Positions 15,707-15,715 of a DNA stretch of 15,715 bases are shown piece by piece (the stretch's first letter is position 1; every line of letters starts with the position of its first letter). The position numbers and the translations under genes were made by a program. This stretch comes from Chthonomonadales bacterium (GTDB lineage: Bacteria > Armatimonadota > Chthonomonadetes > Chthonomonadales > CAJBBX01), in contig JBMFSQ010000046.1 in assembly GCA_049967475.1 (NCBI GenBank), positions 1 through 15,715 on the forward strand, written 5' to 3'. The notes beneath the pieces are model-generated. The model was given only the letters and a program-made list of their open reading frames with translations, had not been told where the DNA came from and searched no databases.

Positions 15707-15715
15707 AGGTGTCGC

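Noticed and set aside
1..15715. CRISPR arrays, tRNA/rRNA genes, transposases or integrases
   Set aside because: No regularly spaced repeats, cloverleaf or rRNA signatures, or mobile-element ORFs were seen.

Overview
GC-rich bacterial chromosomal window. The gene content (prepilin/DUF1559-type protein, SLH-porin, TPR protein) suggests Armatimonadota; this is inference only. Left end (+ strand): a compact accessory cassette encoding an 82-aa exported-looking peptide with 13 Cys in its 50-aa mature part, a membrane-anchored HEAT-like repeat protein and a translationally coupled prepilin-type N-methylation protein with a variant C-terminal motif. Minus strand: a TetR regulator plus a long EmrA/HlyD adaptor with no adjacent transporter; an 80-aa BON-like protein behind an ECF-type promoter; a TPR protein-recR-OmpR/HisKA two-component run; and an OmpM/SlpA-like SLH-porin with a collagen insert and a structured 5' leader. 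Divergent from that on the + strand: a ZMP/ZTP (pfl) riboswitch ahead of purH, then an aldo/keto reductase. No CRISPR array, tRNA/rRNA gene or mobile element is visible. All calls were made by eye, without database searches.
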